Shown: one piece after another, positions 33,020 to 44,591 of the stretch
How positions within the stretch are numbered: the stretch's first letter is position 1
How the letters are laid out: every line of letters begins with the position of its first letter
Assembly (NCBI GenBank): GCA_964019335.1
Contig: OZ025680.1
Span: forward strand, 534,441 to 598,440
Source of the DNA: Diplonema japonicum
Lineage: Eukaryota; Protista; Euglenozoa: Diplonemea
Direction: 5' to 3'
DNA: 64,000 bases
Program-made: the position numbers and the translations under genes
The notes under the pieces: model-generated
The model's database searches: none
What the model saw: only the letters and a program-made list of their open reading frames with translations
What the model was told of the DNA's origin: nothing

Positions 33020-34774
33020 ATGAAACGCAAACATGATGAGATCACAGAGGCACCTACTACTCCAGTGTTCCTTCCCTTGAAGGTGGGGAGTGTGTTGGTG
33101 CTGGGCAGAGATGACGTCGAGGGCGGCGACATGAAAGTGTCGCGGAAACAAGTGGAGGTAAGCAGAAGGGCGGAGTGTGTGTGGGTGCACGTGCTGGGGC
33201 AGAACATGTGCAAGGTAGAAGGTCAACTGAGGAAGAAGGGGTGGAAGGGGGAAGGGAGAGACATCTGGCTCGATGATGTTGGAGAACACAAGTTCCTTGT
33301 TGTCGATGCTGACGAAGATGGAGAAGAACTCAGCAGCCGACCTCTTCAACCTCGGTCTCAACCTCAGCCTGCTGCACGTCCCTTCAACCCCATGAAGTCT
33401 ATGTTGTGGCGGCTGACTTCCTTGCACCCCTCTCTCACCCCCCCTTCAGCCAACATGGGCTGTGTCGGGTTCATAGAGCTCCTTGCCAAACCCCCATCCT
33501 TCATCCTCCTCTCCGACTACTTGATCGATCCCGTGTGGCTTACCTCGGCTCTGCCTTACTTGAAGACGCCGCACTCTACTCAAAAAGTGACTATTCTTAG
33601 CTGCAAAAAGGCGGGGCTGAAAAAGCAGCATGACATCCCCGCACACTGGAAGGTGCACGAGCTGTCCGGCCTCTCAGCCTACGGGGTACACCACTCCAAG
33701 TTCGTGATCGCAAAGTACAACGAAGGGCTACGTGTGGTCATCCACACTGCGAACTTGCTTTACGGCGACGTGAACTGCAAAACTCAAGGCGTGTGGTGGC
33801 AGGACTTCCCGCGTAAGAAAGAGGGGGCAAGCACTTCAGTTTTTGAAACCGACTTGCTGGACTATGTGAACCACACGCAAGGCGACTGCAGAGAACTAGA
33901 GAGGTGCCTCTCACAGTATGACTACTCCCTTGCGACCTGCAGACTTATCCCCTCTGTCCCAGGAAGGCACCAAGGCCTTGCCATGCACAAGTATGGGCAT
34001 ATGAAAGTCAGAGCAATCCTAAATGAGGAAAAGTGCAGAACAATGCTGGAAGAGCGTAAGGAGGTGTGTGGGGAAAGACGTTTCTACGCACAATTCTCAT
34101 CAGTGGGAAGCGTGAAAGAACCTTGGGTTAAGAATGACTTATGTAAGTCGTTCCGTGCTGGGTTAGAGGATCTGAGACTTGTTTGGCCGACCGAGACAGA
34201 GGTCGGAGAATGCATGGAGGGGTATGATGCGGGTGTGTCCTTGCCTGGGAATGGGAAAAACGTGAGCGGGATGATCGCAGCAGTGGGCGGCATCAAGAAG
34301 ATGCTGCGCTGGTCTGGAGGAGGCCGCGAGATGGCCATGCCGCACATCAAGACCTTCACACTTATGGAACACAGTGGCGACATCCTCGTTTCAGCTCTCA
34401 CTTCCGCGAACTTCAGCTCAGCAGCGTGGGGGAAGCTTGAAAAGAATGGCACACAACTCACCATACTTCACTACGAGCTGGGGGTGCTTTTCGTCCCTTC
34501 GTTGACCCCACCCGCCCCGCAATTCATGTTACCACAGGGGCCCCCTCCTCCTTCGTACCCTTACCCTCCAGCTTTCAATTCGGGTCGCTCACTCGATCGC
34601 CACCCTGCTGGGTGCTGCCTTATTCCATTACCTTTTCCAACAGGCCCAGACGAGGTGCCTTACACGTCCGGCAACACACCATGGGTGTGTGACAAGCCAG
34701 TTTACGAGACGCCTGACTGTCTTGGCCGGCACGGCCCGACGCAAGGGTGCAGGTTTGGAGTTGTGCAAGATTAG
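33020..34774 (+). CDS. TDP1: Tyrosyl-DNA phosphodiesterase 1
   Basis: Two HKN motifs (HHSKF...HTANL; PHIKTF...TSANFSSAAWG), LIPSVPG, YELGVLF; FHA-like N-terminus. Confidence 0.93.
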   Translation: MKRKHDEITEAPTTPVFLPLKVGSVLVLGRDDVEGGDMKVSRKQVEVSRRAECVWVHVLGQNMCKVEGQLRKKGWKGEGRDIWLDDVGEHKFLVVDADEDGEELSSRPLQPRSQPQPAARPFNPMKSMLWRLTSLHPSLTPPSANMGCVGFIELLAKPPSFILLSDYLIDPVWLTSALPYLKTPHSTQKVTILSCKKAGLKKQHDIPAHWKVHELSGLSAYGVHHSKFVIAKYNEGLRVVIHTANLLYGDVNCKTQGVWWQDFPRKKEGASTSVFETDLLDYVNHTQGDCRELERCLSQYDYSLATCRLIPSVPGRHQGLAMHKYGHMKVRAILNEEKCRTMLEERKEVCGERRFYAQFSSVGSVKEPWVKNDLCKSFRAGLEDLRLVWPTETEVGECMEGYDAGVSLPGNGKNVSGMIAAVGGIKKMLRWSGGGREMAMPHIKTFTLMEHSGDILVSALTSANFSSAAWGKLEKNGTQLTILHYELGVLFVPSLTPPAPQFMLPQGPPPPSYPYPPAFNSGRSLDRHPAGCCLIPLPFPTGPDEVPYTSGNTPWVCDKPVYETPDCLGRHGPTQGCRFGVVQD

Positions 34775-34870
34775 ATAGATACCTACTATTTCAGTTGCAT
34801 CCCTTCAGGGACGCACGTTTCATGACATTTAAAATAGCCACTGTTTGCCACTGCATACCACAGGAGACAG

Positions 34871-37660
34871 ATGACAGAGCCATATGGCGTCACGGTGAGA
34901 GAGCCTGCACCGGCACCTCTGCCTTTGAAGAAAACAGCGTCTACTGGAAGATCGGGCAGCGTACCTGCACTGGGCTTCAGGAAAGATGCAGTTAAGGTGG
35001 GCGAAGAGGTGGTGAAATTCTACAGTACGTATCTGAGGATCCGGCCGTACAGTCCATGGGAAGCAGGCGAGTGCCACAAGAGCGGTCTGGACACAGGGAG
35101 AAGTGTGCTTGAAATGGATGTAGAGAAGGACACAGTGTTCATCCAAGAGCCCGCCACTTTACGAGTGAAAAACCCGGCCGCTGCACCCCCTAAGAAATCG
35201 TGGCATCCCTCCTTGTTCACGAACCTTTTGTGGTCTTTCGGACGGGACGATGTAGAGCACTTGTGGGCCGACGACGTGAAGCACACTTTTGCGGAACAGC
35301 GCTCTGTGTACGACGTCGTATCGCAGTACGACGGCATCGTCAAGAGCCTTTACGACGGCTTTTCGCAGTGCATCATGGTGCATGGCGCACCGGGCAGCGG
35401 GAAGACCTATACTTGCATAGGTGAGCAGTCGGACCCAGGCATTGCTCCCCGTGCCATAACAAACATTTTTAACTCCCGAAAAACCCGTGTGAAGAGCCGC
35501 CCTGGTGAAAAGATTAAGGTAGTAATGCGTGTCCTGTTGCTCAGACTTTGGAAAGAGAATATCGAAGACCTGACGAACTCTCTCCACGACCCTAACAAAC
35601 CGCCTGTTACTTTGAAGCTGACGGGCGAAGGGATCCTCGAGGGGCACGAAGAGGTGGTGGTCGAGAATGACAACGACCTGTTGGACTTACTGAAGCGTGT
35701 GCACAAGCTCGGCAAACGCAGAGAAAAGAGGTCTCATGCCATCATAAATGTAACGTTGGAACAGATCTCAAACTTTGAAGGTGATGGCGCCGCCACGGAG
35801 GCTGTGAGGTGCAGTTGCATGACTTTTGTTGACATCGGTTCTGGTGTGAAGACAGAGAACGAGTCGCAAAACGACGGGAAACTTATTGTGAAGAGCAGGA
35901 CTGCGTTGCTAAGGGTTGTGGATATGTTACGCAACAAGACAGAGGTCGAAGTGCAAGCGGAGAAAGTCAATGCAGAGTATGGGCAAGGGAACCTCAAGGT
36001 AATGGCCCCGAAGGTGCCGTTCAAGGAGTCACGCTTAACACAGCTCCTAGCCGACCAGCTAGGTGGCAATTGCCAAACGCACATAATATGCTGCGTCTCG
36101 CCTTTCCACAAGCACAACGTCGACAACTCCATGACGATCGACTTCGGCCGTGTTTGCTCTCAGATCCGCTCCAGGACGCACAAGAAGGAGTCGAAAGATC
36201 TCGTTAAGCTTCGTAACCAGAACGACGAGAAGCTCAAGATCACGAAGCAGGTGACTCTCATGAACGAGAACGTCGAGAAGGTCCAAAAGGTGCTCCTCGA
36301 CAGGCAGAAGAGGATTAACTACCTCAAACAATACAACACAAGGCTCCACGAAAAGTTAGCAGAATTAGAGGAGGCCATCGAGGCACTGGAAAGGGAGAGA
36401 ATTCAGTCTGGAAAGGCCATCCAAGCCATCAGGACTATGAAAAACTCTGGAGACGGAGAGATCTTGACGACGAAGATGAGCGCTGCGATCAAGGAGCAGG
36501 AAGATATCCGCAGGAAGATAGCGAAGCTGAAGCAGGAGATCATGGCGATGGAGGTTGAGGCGGGTATGATGACCTCTGAGGACCTTGACAAGGACATAGA
36601 GCTCGCGAAGGCTGACGTGGATGCCGAGAAGCGGGTGTGCTACGAAGCAATCCAAAGCGACGCAAGGCAACTTATCAACAAGGACGACGACGAGGATGAG
36701 GACAATTTAATGCCCATCGGGGGCACCATCACCCTGAAGCGCAGGGGGACGTGGAACAAGGTCACCGTCAGGTCAAAAGTAAGTGACACGAAGTACACCG
36801 TAGCTGGCACTGACGGCACGGGTAAGTTCACTGAGGAGGTAGACCTCTCTGCCTCAGACGGGCAGATCAGAGGGCACAAGTCGCACCCCAGTAACGCAGG
36901 AGACGCACCTGTCAAGAAGCTGCTCCACTTCCTGTGCAACGAGAGCGTCGCAGAGGAGTGCCCGGGACTGGAGAAGATGGTGAAGGACGAAATCGAAGCG
37001 GAGACAGAAATCATATGCAAGCCATTTGACGGTAGGCCGCTGCGGAAGGATTTGAAGGTGCTGCTCGCAGCGGCAACCCCTGAGTTCGTTACCAAGGTGC
37101 TGAAGGCGATCAAGACGGCTCTGCCGAACTGCTCGTCGAAGACACGCGACCGTGTGGCGGGGTCGTTCAAGAAGTCTCTCGAGAACTGCGTCGAGACCAT
37201 CTCTCCTCGTTGCGACAATGCGAAACAGGCTGATAAAGCACTAGACTACCCTAGCTTGAAGGGTGTCACGCTGTTCAGCATAGCAGATGATGACAAGCCG
37301 CTCGCACTGCACGGTGTGACGGCAGCCATCGACGCCCTGCAGGTCCCTCGCACGCGTCTGGACATCCTGTATGACTACCTTCAGGCACGCCTAGGGCTGG
37401 AATCCGCACTCGCGGACTGGCAGCAGACGATGACGGCTTCGTTCGTGGCAGCACTAGAAATCACCAAGGAGGCGGAGCAAGCTGACAAACAGCGTGCACA
37501 GGAAGAAGCGGAGCTCAAAAAGCTAAAAGAAGAATCTGAAGCTCTCGAACAGCAGCTCGAGGCTGCTGCCGCTGGTGTGGTACGGGCGCGGGAGGCCAAG
37601 AATGACAAGGAAAAACTTCTTCACAAAGCGAAGAACGACGGGTGCTGCGTCATGATGTGA
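34871..37660 (+). CDS. Divergent kinesin-like protein with C-terminal CaaX box
   Basis: P-loop GAPGSGKTYT, RSHAI, VPFKESRLTQLLADQLGGN, coiled coil; ends in CCVMM. Confidence 0.85.
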   Translation: MTEPYGVTVREPAPAPLPLKKTASTGRSGSVPALGFRKDAVKVGEEVVKFYSTYLRIRPYSPWEAGECHKSGLDTGRSVLEMDVEKDTVFIQEPATLRVKNPAAAPPKKSWHPSLFTNLLWSFGRDDVEHLWADDVKHTFAEQRSVYDVVSQYDGIVKSLYDGFSQCIMVHGAPGSGKTYTCIGEQSDPGIAPRAITNIFNSRKTRVKSRPGEKIKVVMRVLLLRLWKENIEDLTNSLHDPNKPPVTLKLTGEGILEGHEEVVVENDNDLLDLLKRVHKLGKRREKRSHAIINVTLEQISNFEGDGAATEAVRCSCMTFVDIGSGVKTENESQNDGKLIVKSRTALLRVVDMLRNKTEVEVQAEKVNAEYGQGNLKVMAPKVPFKESRLTQLLADQLGGNCQTHIICCVSPFHKHNVDNSMTIDFGRVCSQIRSRTHKKESKDLVKLRNQNDEKLKITKQVTLMNENVEKVQKVLLDRQKRINYLKQYNTRLHEKLAELEEAIEALERERIQSGKAIQAIRTMKNSGDGEILTTKMSAAIKEQEDIRRKIAKLKQEIMAMEVEAGMMTSEDLDKDIELAKADVDAEKRVCYEAIQSDARQLINKDDDEDEDNLMPIGGTITLKRRGTWNKVTVRSKVSDTKYTVAGTDGTGKFTEEVDLSASDGQIRGHKSHPSNAGDAPVKKLLHFLCNESVAEECPGLEKMVKDEIEAETEIICKPFDGRPLRKDLKVLLAAATPEFVTKVLKAIKTALPNCSSKTRDRVAGSFKKSLENCVETISPRCDNAKQADKALDYPSLKGVTLFSIADDDKPLALHGVTAAIDALQVPRTRLDILYDYLQARLGLESALADWQQTMTASFVAALEITKEAEQADKQRAQEEAELKKLKEESEALEQQLEAAAAGVVRAREAKNDKEKLLHKAKNDGCCVMM

Positions 37661-38944
37661 GATGCCTGCGTCCATGCCACTTAGAATCTTTCTACATTTG
37701 CTTCCATTGTTAGATTTACATGAGGAGTTGCTCTCCTCTTCCTTTGCCTTTTTCACCCCTTTCTTTTTTGTTCCAACCGTCATCAATATTGCCCCGTTCC
37801 TCCATCTCTAGCAGCCCTCTGGCAGACCACGGAACTATTTGTAATCCATCGCTGTTTCAACTGTGTACAGCTACAGAAGGATTGTGGTTTCATGTTATGT
37901 CCCACATTGGTGGCGCCGGTTGTGTGCTCCATGAGAGATGAGTAGGTTAAAAAGGTGCACAAATGATTGATGGTCTCCCTTCTCCCCCCACCCCTAATAG
38001 CAGAATAGAGTCCATTTCCTACTGTATCAGCACCGCCCCTTTCCCTTTTCTTTTCAAAGAATGTCGATAACTAAAATTAGATACGTTGAGTGTGCGTGGG
38101 TATGTTCCTCAAACCCTCCCTTTTAAATTTTTTTTTGCGGATAAATGAAGATTTCTTTTTTGTTCTGCCCATCCCCGAGAAGAAAGGCGTGTCCTTCACC
38201 CGGCAGCGATTTCTCTTGGGTTCCCAGAAGAAACCCTCAACTCAAATGTACTACTTTGAAGGTCCTCTTCCCTCCTTTTGGTGGATTGTTGCTAACACTT
38301 CTCTCCACTGATTTTCTGCCCCAACCGTTCCCTTTCCCCCCCACCCACCACCCAATTGTTTAACAGTGATAATTGTCAAAGAATACTATCTTTTCTCTTT
38401 TATTCTCCTCTTTTATTTTTTTCCAGCACGAGTCCCAAGTTCATTCCCCTGTTTTGACAAATGGCACTTTCTGAGGAATTCTAATAGAAGGCGGGTCATG
38501 TCACTGCACAAAGTCAGACTGAGTCAAACTCAACAGGGTCTTCTTTCCCCGCTGACAGTTTCAAGTCCGTTCCCTTGACTGCTGTTTCGCCAGATAGTAG
38601 GTAGGGACAGAAGGAATCTCATTGGTCCATTCATGCGCGTCTTTAATTAGAAGACGAGCCTCGACGGGTTTTGAAGATTTGAGGCGTAAATGTTTTGATC
38701 GGCCTCTGCCCCACATGGCCTGCCCCTGTTGTAGTGCAACAATTGTTTTGATTTAGCAGAGCTGGCCTTTCAGCTTCGTGCATCATCAAGCTCTTTTGAC
38801 TTTTCTTCTTGCCTCGGAGGATGAACGCCACTGCCCATGAGACCTTTTTCCTTGCATCATGGAGCTAGTGTTATTAACGAGATCCCAACGTTGAAGAATA
38901 AGCCGTTGTTTTTGAGTGAAATAACATTAAAGAATGGAATACAG

Positions 38945-39332
38945 TATCTTATTAAAATGACCACTATGGGGTGACTATCACCGTTGCCACGTGGGGGCCA
39001 CCAACGACGAGCGCCACACGTAGGCACTTCGCGCCTCGAGACCGCCAAGAGCAACCTCCCTGTACGTTGTACTTGAATTTTAGGTTGCCAGCCCCACCAG
39101 GCTGGGTCTCGTGCTGACTTGTACTAAGAGATGCTCAGGAATGGCCATCAGAACAATGGACTCCTGGGACGGGAGATCTTGGCGACGATGAAGGAGCAGG
39201 AAGATGGCGAAGCTGAAGCAAGAGATCATGGCGATGGAGGTTGAGGGGTATGATGACCTCTGAGGACCTTGACAAGTGCCGAGAAGCGGGTGTGCTACGA
39301 AGCAATCCAAAGCGACGCAAGGCAACTTATCA
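38945..39332 (+). pseudogene. Chimeric, deletion-riddled copy of 14-3-3 copy A fused to a fragment of the upstream kinesin
   Basis: 38945-~39140 matches pieces of 39447-40150; ~39144-39332 matches pieces of 36425-36677. Confidence 0.85.
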
Positions 39333-39459
39333 GTCGCCTTTCCCCCTTTTACTGTACTAATCCAGTCCCATGTTATTTCCCCTTATTTTGTCCCCTGTCG
39401 CCAGCAACAATTACCAACAGGACATAGAGAGGTATCCAAGAATAAAATATCTTATTAAA

Positions 39460-40322
39460 ATGACCACCACTGCGTCGCCCAAATTCCGTCTCCCCACCAA
39501 CCGCGATGACCTCATCTTCGCTGCGAAGCTCGCGGAGCAGGCTGAGAGATATGACGAGATGGTTCTGTGCATGAAGGAAGTCGTCAAAGAAAACCCCAAG
39601 CTGTCCCAGGAAGAGAGAAACCTCCTCTCCGTTGCCTACAAGAACAGCGTTGGGATCAGGCGTGCCTCGTGGAGGATACTGAGTTCCATTGAGCAGAGGG
39701 AAATTCAGAAAAATACCGGCAACGCCCCCAAGGTATGGAACACAGCACATGGCAACACATTACAGGTTCAGGAGTACAGGGAGATGGTGGAGCAGGAGCT
39801 GTCGGAAATCTGTGAAGATATCATCAACCTTCTGGAGAAGGACGTCCTTGCCCACGGTGGGTCCGACGACAGGTAGGGTCCATCACATCCCACAACAACA
39901 CCACACACAGGGTCTTCTTCAAGAAGATGCAGGGTGACTACCACCGTTACCACGTGGAGGCCACCAACGACGAGGGCCACACGCAGGCGGCACTTCGCGC
40001 CTACACCGACGCACTTGAGACCGCCAAGAGCAACCTCCCTGTATGTTGCTGTACTTGAATTTTATTGTTTCTCTCGCAGGTTGCCAACCCCACCAGGCTG
40101 GGTCTCGTGCTGAACCTGTCTGTCTTCTACTACGAGATCCTCAGGAACACCGAGAGTGGTATCGCCCTGGCGAAGACCAACTTCGATGAGGCCGTGCAGG
40201 AGCTGGAGAACCTCCCTGAGGCTGAGTACAAGGAGGCCACTCTGATCATGCAGCTCATCAGGGACAACCTTACCCTGTGGTCTGAGGACGAGGCGGCCAA
40301 CAAGGACGGCACCCAGGTATGA
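39460..40322 (+). CDS. 14-3-3 protein, copy A; introns 39733-39765, 39873-39910, 40041-40079
   Basis: [57 protein letters not shown]; the frame is restored by GT-AG splicing. Confidence 0.96.
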
Positions 40323-40815
40323 TGGTGAGGGGTGGGAGTGATCTTCTTTCATCAAAATCACAGGTTGAGGACGTGAACTAAGAAAGTTCACGGATGGAAA
40401 GTAACGATAAAAAAAAAAAAACAAAAACTAGAAAAAAACAGATTTTTAAATGGAAAAAAAACTTGATCCTCACCCCCCCTTTAGAAAAATCTTTAAAAAA
40501 AGGCAAGTATTGTTTTTTTTAACCCCCTTTTTTTTTGCTCTCCCTCTCTTTCAGTTTCTTTATCCCCCTCCCACTCCCTCTATTTTCCTTTTTTAAAACA
40601 AACTGGGAAGAAAAAAAAATAAGAATAAAAAACTGGGTGGAAATAGAAAAAAGGGAGAAAATATAAGTACGGACAAAGTGCAATGACAAATTGCTTCCCT
40701 GAGTGCATCATCAGTGGTGGTGAGTTCTGGATTTACGGTAAAATAGTTCAATTGTTTGTCTTGCCAATGTTTCTTTTCTTTTCTTTTTTTTTTTCGCCAT
40801 CCCTTTTTTCTTCTG

Positions 40816-40846
<31 letters not shown>

Positions 40847-41500
40847 CCTCCATTCTCAGTTACCTAGATTGTTTTTATGATGGAAAATAAAGTTGCGAAA
40901 AAGAAGAAGAAAACGGGCACATGGGAAAGAAAATAATAAATAAATTGGATGAGGACAAAAGGGGGACAACACTGAATGAAGGGGGGTGGCAGAGCAAGGT
41001 GATGATGTGCCTTCTCTCTTTTTTTTTTCGTTTTCACACCCTCCCCCTTTTTTTCCCCCTGTCCTTTTTTTATTTCTTTTATTAATCTTTTTTTTTTTTG
41101 TTCTTCTTTTTTTTTCCTCTTTTTTGCCCTTTTCTTATTTTTTGGAGTCTTTTTTTTCTATTTTTTTCTTTTTCAGTGTTTTTTTTTCTCTCCCCTATTA
41201 TTTCTTACCTCCCATCCCCACGGAATAATTCTTTTTTTAAAAAAATTGCCCCCCTTTAAGAAAGGCCTTGCCCCCCCATTTTCAACTGAAAGCACAAAAC
41301 CGGAAAAAAAAAAAAAAAAAAAAACGACAACTGAGGACCGGTCAAAGGCCCACCCTTAGGCCTCCCGCCCCGTTCTGACCAACCGTACATACATAACATC
41401 CTTTCGCCCACCCCCAGTTCCCCCTTTTCTTTTATTTTTATTATTCATTTTTTTTTATCTACCATGCAAGGCACATCCATCCGCCTAGGCCTTATGCAGC

Positions 41501-43129
41501 ATGGCGCTGCAGTGGGTAGTCTTAGCATGCCTCGCTTTACAGGAGATCTCGCCTGGCATCGAACCACGGAACAATGTTCTTAAATTGCTGGAAGAAGCAG
41601 GTCCGAGATGCAGGGCTAAGGTGCTTCGCGACTACGACCTGGCAACAAGGGTGCAGGGTATACCTCTAAACGGCTACGACCTTGCTGATGAATGCAGTGA
41701 TGAGAACGCTGTCAGCCCCGAGACACCGCAGGGAGGCAGGGGCATCGTTATCTGCATCATGGCGCACACGGCATGTGGAGCAAACGGCCTCACTCGGCTA
41801 GTGGGTAAGCTCTCACACAATGATATTCACATCATCATCGCCTTCGATAAGAGTGCGAAACGAGTCGAAAAGAACTGTCTAAAGACCATCAAAGAGCGCT
41901 ACCCGCAGGTCCTGCTGCACATGACCACGGACGTCGAGTGGGGGTCGTGGGAGATGGTCCAAGCAGAGCACCTCGCCATGCAGACCGCAGTAGATGAGTG
42001 GGCAGACTGGACTCACTTCGTGCTGATCTCTGGCACCGATTACCCTTTGCAGTCTCCTGACCTGATTTTAGACTTCTTCGCAAAACATAAAAATAAGAGC
42101 TTTTACTACGAGAACACCATGCAGCAGAGCACACGGGTGCCGTTGTTCTCTGAGCTGGTGTCGACATGCGGGATGACTCTGTACCACCTTGGCTGGCGTG
42201 ACACGCCTCCTGTTCACTTCTTCACAGTCTCGAACTCGTGGAAGTTCTTCGAGCGTGCCTTCGTTGCTGATCTTGTTGCAGGCGGCAACTTGAACAGCAC
42301 GCCGCTCCTGCAGCTCTTGTTCTTGACGCTTTCCGTCGACGAGGTCTATCTGCAGACGCTCCATAAGAAGTCCCGCTTCTGCCATCGCATGGCCTCCATC
42401 GACCCGCGTGACTTCTACACCTTCTTCTGGCCAGGAGACTCTGTGGAGCGCACCTGCGACCCTTCTGGCATCAAAGGCACGTCGCACCAGTGGTACTGCC
42501 CCAAGCGGCCCTTCTACCTGACTACAAAACAAGATGCAGAACGGCTTGCATGGTCCCCGTCTCTTTTTGTGAGGAAGGTGCGAGGCGACGCTAGTAAGAA
42601 ATTCTTGGACTGTATTGATGAATCCTGCCTTGAAGATGTGAGGGCGCAGCAGCAGGGGCTGGAGGTGGGGGTGCGGCTCAGGGTGAAGAATCAGTACCTC
42701 AGGATGAAAGAAGTTGATGTGGCAGATGCTGGCGTGCCCTCCTTCATACAGGAAGACCTCGAGGCTGTGGTTACTTGGGAATGGGTCTCAGGCCCCCATC
42801 ACAGTACAATCTTCACGTTGGCGAACTGCACCTCGCCCAGCCGCTCGATGTGCACCGTGCAACATGGCCCGCTGTGCCTCGCCTACTCATCACCCACTCC
42901 CTCCTCACTGGCCTTTTCTTCCTGCAGAAGCTCTTTTGCCGAGCCATTGCTGTGGGACGTCTCGCAGCGAAATATATTACGATCCGCCTCAAAGGTGTCT
43001 CTTGTACAGTACAAAGCGGCCCACGGGTTGTGCGCAGCAAAAGGGGGGGCTGGAACCCCCATTGTCATGCTACCGTGCGCGGAGGTCGGTTCAGGAGAAG
43101 CAGTGGTACCTGTTTTAGTCCCAGTCTAG
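41501..43129 (+). CDS. Glycosyltransferase family 14 (core-2/I-branching/xylosyltransferase-like), possible ricin-type C-terminal domain
   Basis: Signal anchor; VEWGSWEMVQAE, HFVLISGTDYPL, SVDEVYLQT, LFVRKV. Confidence 0.85.
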   Translation: MALQWVVLACLALQEISPGIEPRNNVLKLLEEAGPRCRAKVLRDYDLATRVQGIPLNGYDLADECSDENAVSPETPQGGRGIVICIMAHTACGANGLTRLVGKLSHNDIHIIIAFDKSAKRVEKNCLKTIKERYPQVLLHMTTDVEWGSWEMVQAEHLAMQTAVDEWADWTHFVLISGTDYPLQSPDLILDFFAKHKNKSFYYENTMQQSTRVPLFSELVSTCGMTLYHLGWRDTPPVHFFTVSNSWKFFERAFVADLVAGGNLNSTPLLQLLFLTLSVDEVYLQTLHKKSRFCHRMASIDPRDFYTFFWPGDSVERTCDPSGIKGTSHQWYCPKRPFYLTTKQDAERLAWSPSLFVRKVRGDASKKFLDCIDESCLEDVRAQQQGLEVGVRLRVKNQYLRMKEVDVADAGVPSFIQEDLEAVVTWEWVSGPHHSTIFTLANCTSPSRSMCTVQHGPLCLAYSSPTPSSLAFSSCRSSFAEPLLWDVSQRNILRSASKVSLVQYKAAHGLCAAKGGAGTPIVMLPCAEVGSGEAVVPVLVPV

Positions 43130-43239
43130 CTTTTTGCTTTGAGTGCAGAATTCATTCGGTCCTTCTTGTTGTTTACTTTACTTGAAAGCACTCCACAGGG
43201 ACGCCCTCCCTCTAGAAAAAAACAGTAAAAAATAATAAA

Positions 43240-44097
43240 ATGGTCGGCACGTCGCCCAAATTCCGTCTCCCCACCAACCGCGATGACCTCATCTTCGCTG
43301 CGAAGCTCGCGGAGCAGGCCGAGAGATATGACGAGATGGTTCTGTGCATGAAGGAAGTCGTCAAAGACTCGGCCAAGTTGTCCCAGGACGAGAGAAACCT
43401 CCTCTCCGTTGCCTACAAGAACAGCGTTGGGATCAGGCGTGCCTCGTGGAGGATACTGAGTTCCATTGAGCAGAGGGAAGAACAAAAAAATACTGGGAAT
43501 GTCCCCAAGGTATGGAGAGACCACCATAGACCATGTATCACAGGTGAAGGAATACAGGCACATGGTGGAGCAGGAGCTGTCGGAAATCTGTGAAGATATC
43601 ATCAACCTTCTGGAGAAGGACGTCCTTGCCCACGGTGGGTCCGACGACAGGTAGGGTCCATCACATCCCACAACAACACCACACACAGGGTCTTCTTCAA
43701 GAAGATGCAGGGTGACTACCACCGTTACCACGTGGAGGCCACTTTGGACCCCAAGCACAAGCAAGCAGCCCTCCAGGCGTACACCGACGCACTCGAGACC
43801 GCCAAGAGCAACCTCCCTGTATGTTGTTGTACTTGAATTTTATTGTTTCTCTCGCAGGTTGCCAACCCCACCAGGCTGGGTCTCGTGCTGAACCTGTCTG
43901 TCTTCTACTACGAGATCCTCAGGAAGACTGAGGAGGGTATCACCTTGGCGAAGACCAACTTCGATGAGGCCGTGCAGGAGCTGGAGAACCTCCCTGAGGC
44001 TGAGTACAAGGAGGCCACTCTGATCATGCAGCTCATCAGGGACAACCTTACCCTGTGGTCTGAGGACGCTGCCAGCCCTGACGGCACCCAGGTATGA
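43240..44097 (+). CDS. 14-3-3 protein, copy B; introns 43510-43543, 43651-43688, 43819-43857
   Basis: Same motifs and intron positions as copy A. Confidence 0.96.
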
Positions 44098-44408
44098 AAA
44101 GGGTTTTTTGTTCTCACACAAAAAAGGTGGAGGATGTTGACATGGACAACTAAGCGCAAAGGAGAGTAGAAGGAGCGAAGCAAGAGAGGGGCGCACATAA
44201 CATGGGACACAAGACAAACAAACACATACTCACCCGCACATACCCTGTTTAGATTTAAAAGAAAGCCCGTCTCTTCTCCTCTTATCCCCTAATTCCTCCC
44301 ATGATCCCAAAAAAAAGATTTTTTTTTTAACTTTCTGTCTTACGCCGGCATGCTGTGCAGTGAAAAGAGACTGCTAAGCGTGAGGGTGTGAGGGAGTCAC
44401 TTCTTTAA

Positions 44409-44591
44409 CCAATTGTTTGCAAAAAAGAAAAATCGGCGCCAAGTAGTGTTCCTGGGCCCATTATTGTCCCCGTTTGCTGCTTCAAACTCCACAGTTTCTT
44501 TCTCTTGGTTGGCGATTTCGGATCTGCCATCTGGAGCCATTCCAGGGGATGTCCAGCCATGGGTATAAGCACCTTCACCGTAAACAATTGG
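44409..44591. mobile_element. TTAA-flanked MITE (183 bp)
   Basis: TTAA|CCAATTGTTTGC ... GTAAACAATTGG|TTAA (11/12 inverted match). Confidence 0.7.
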
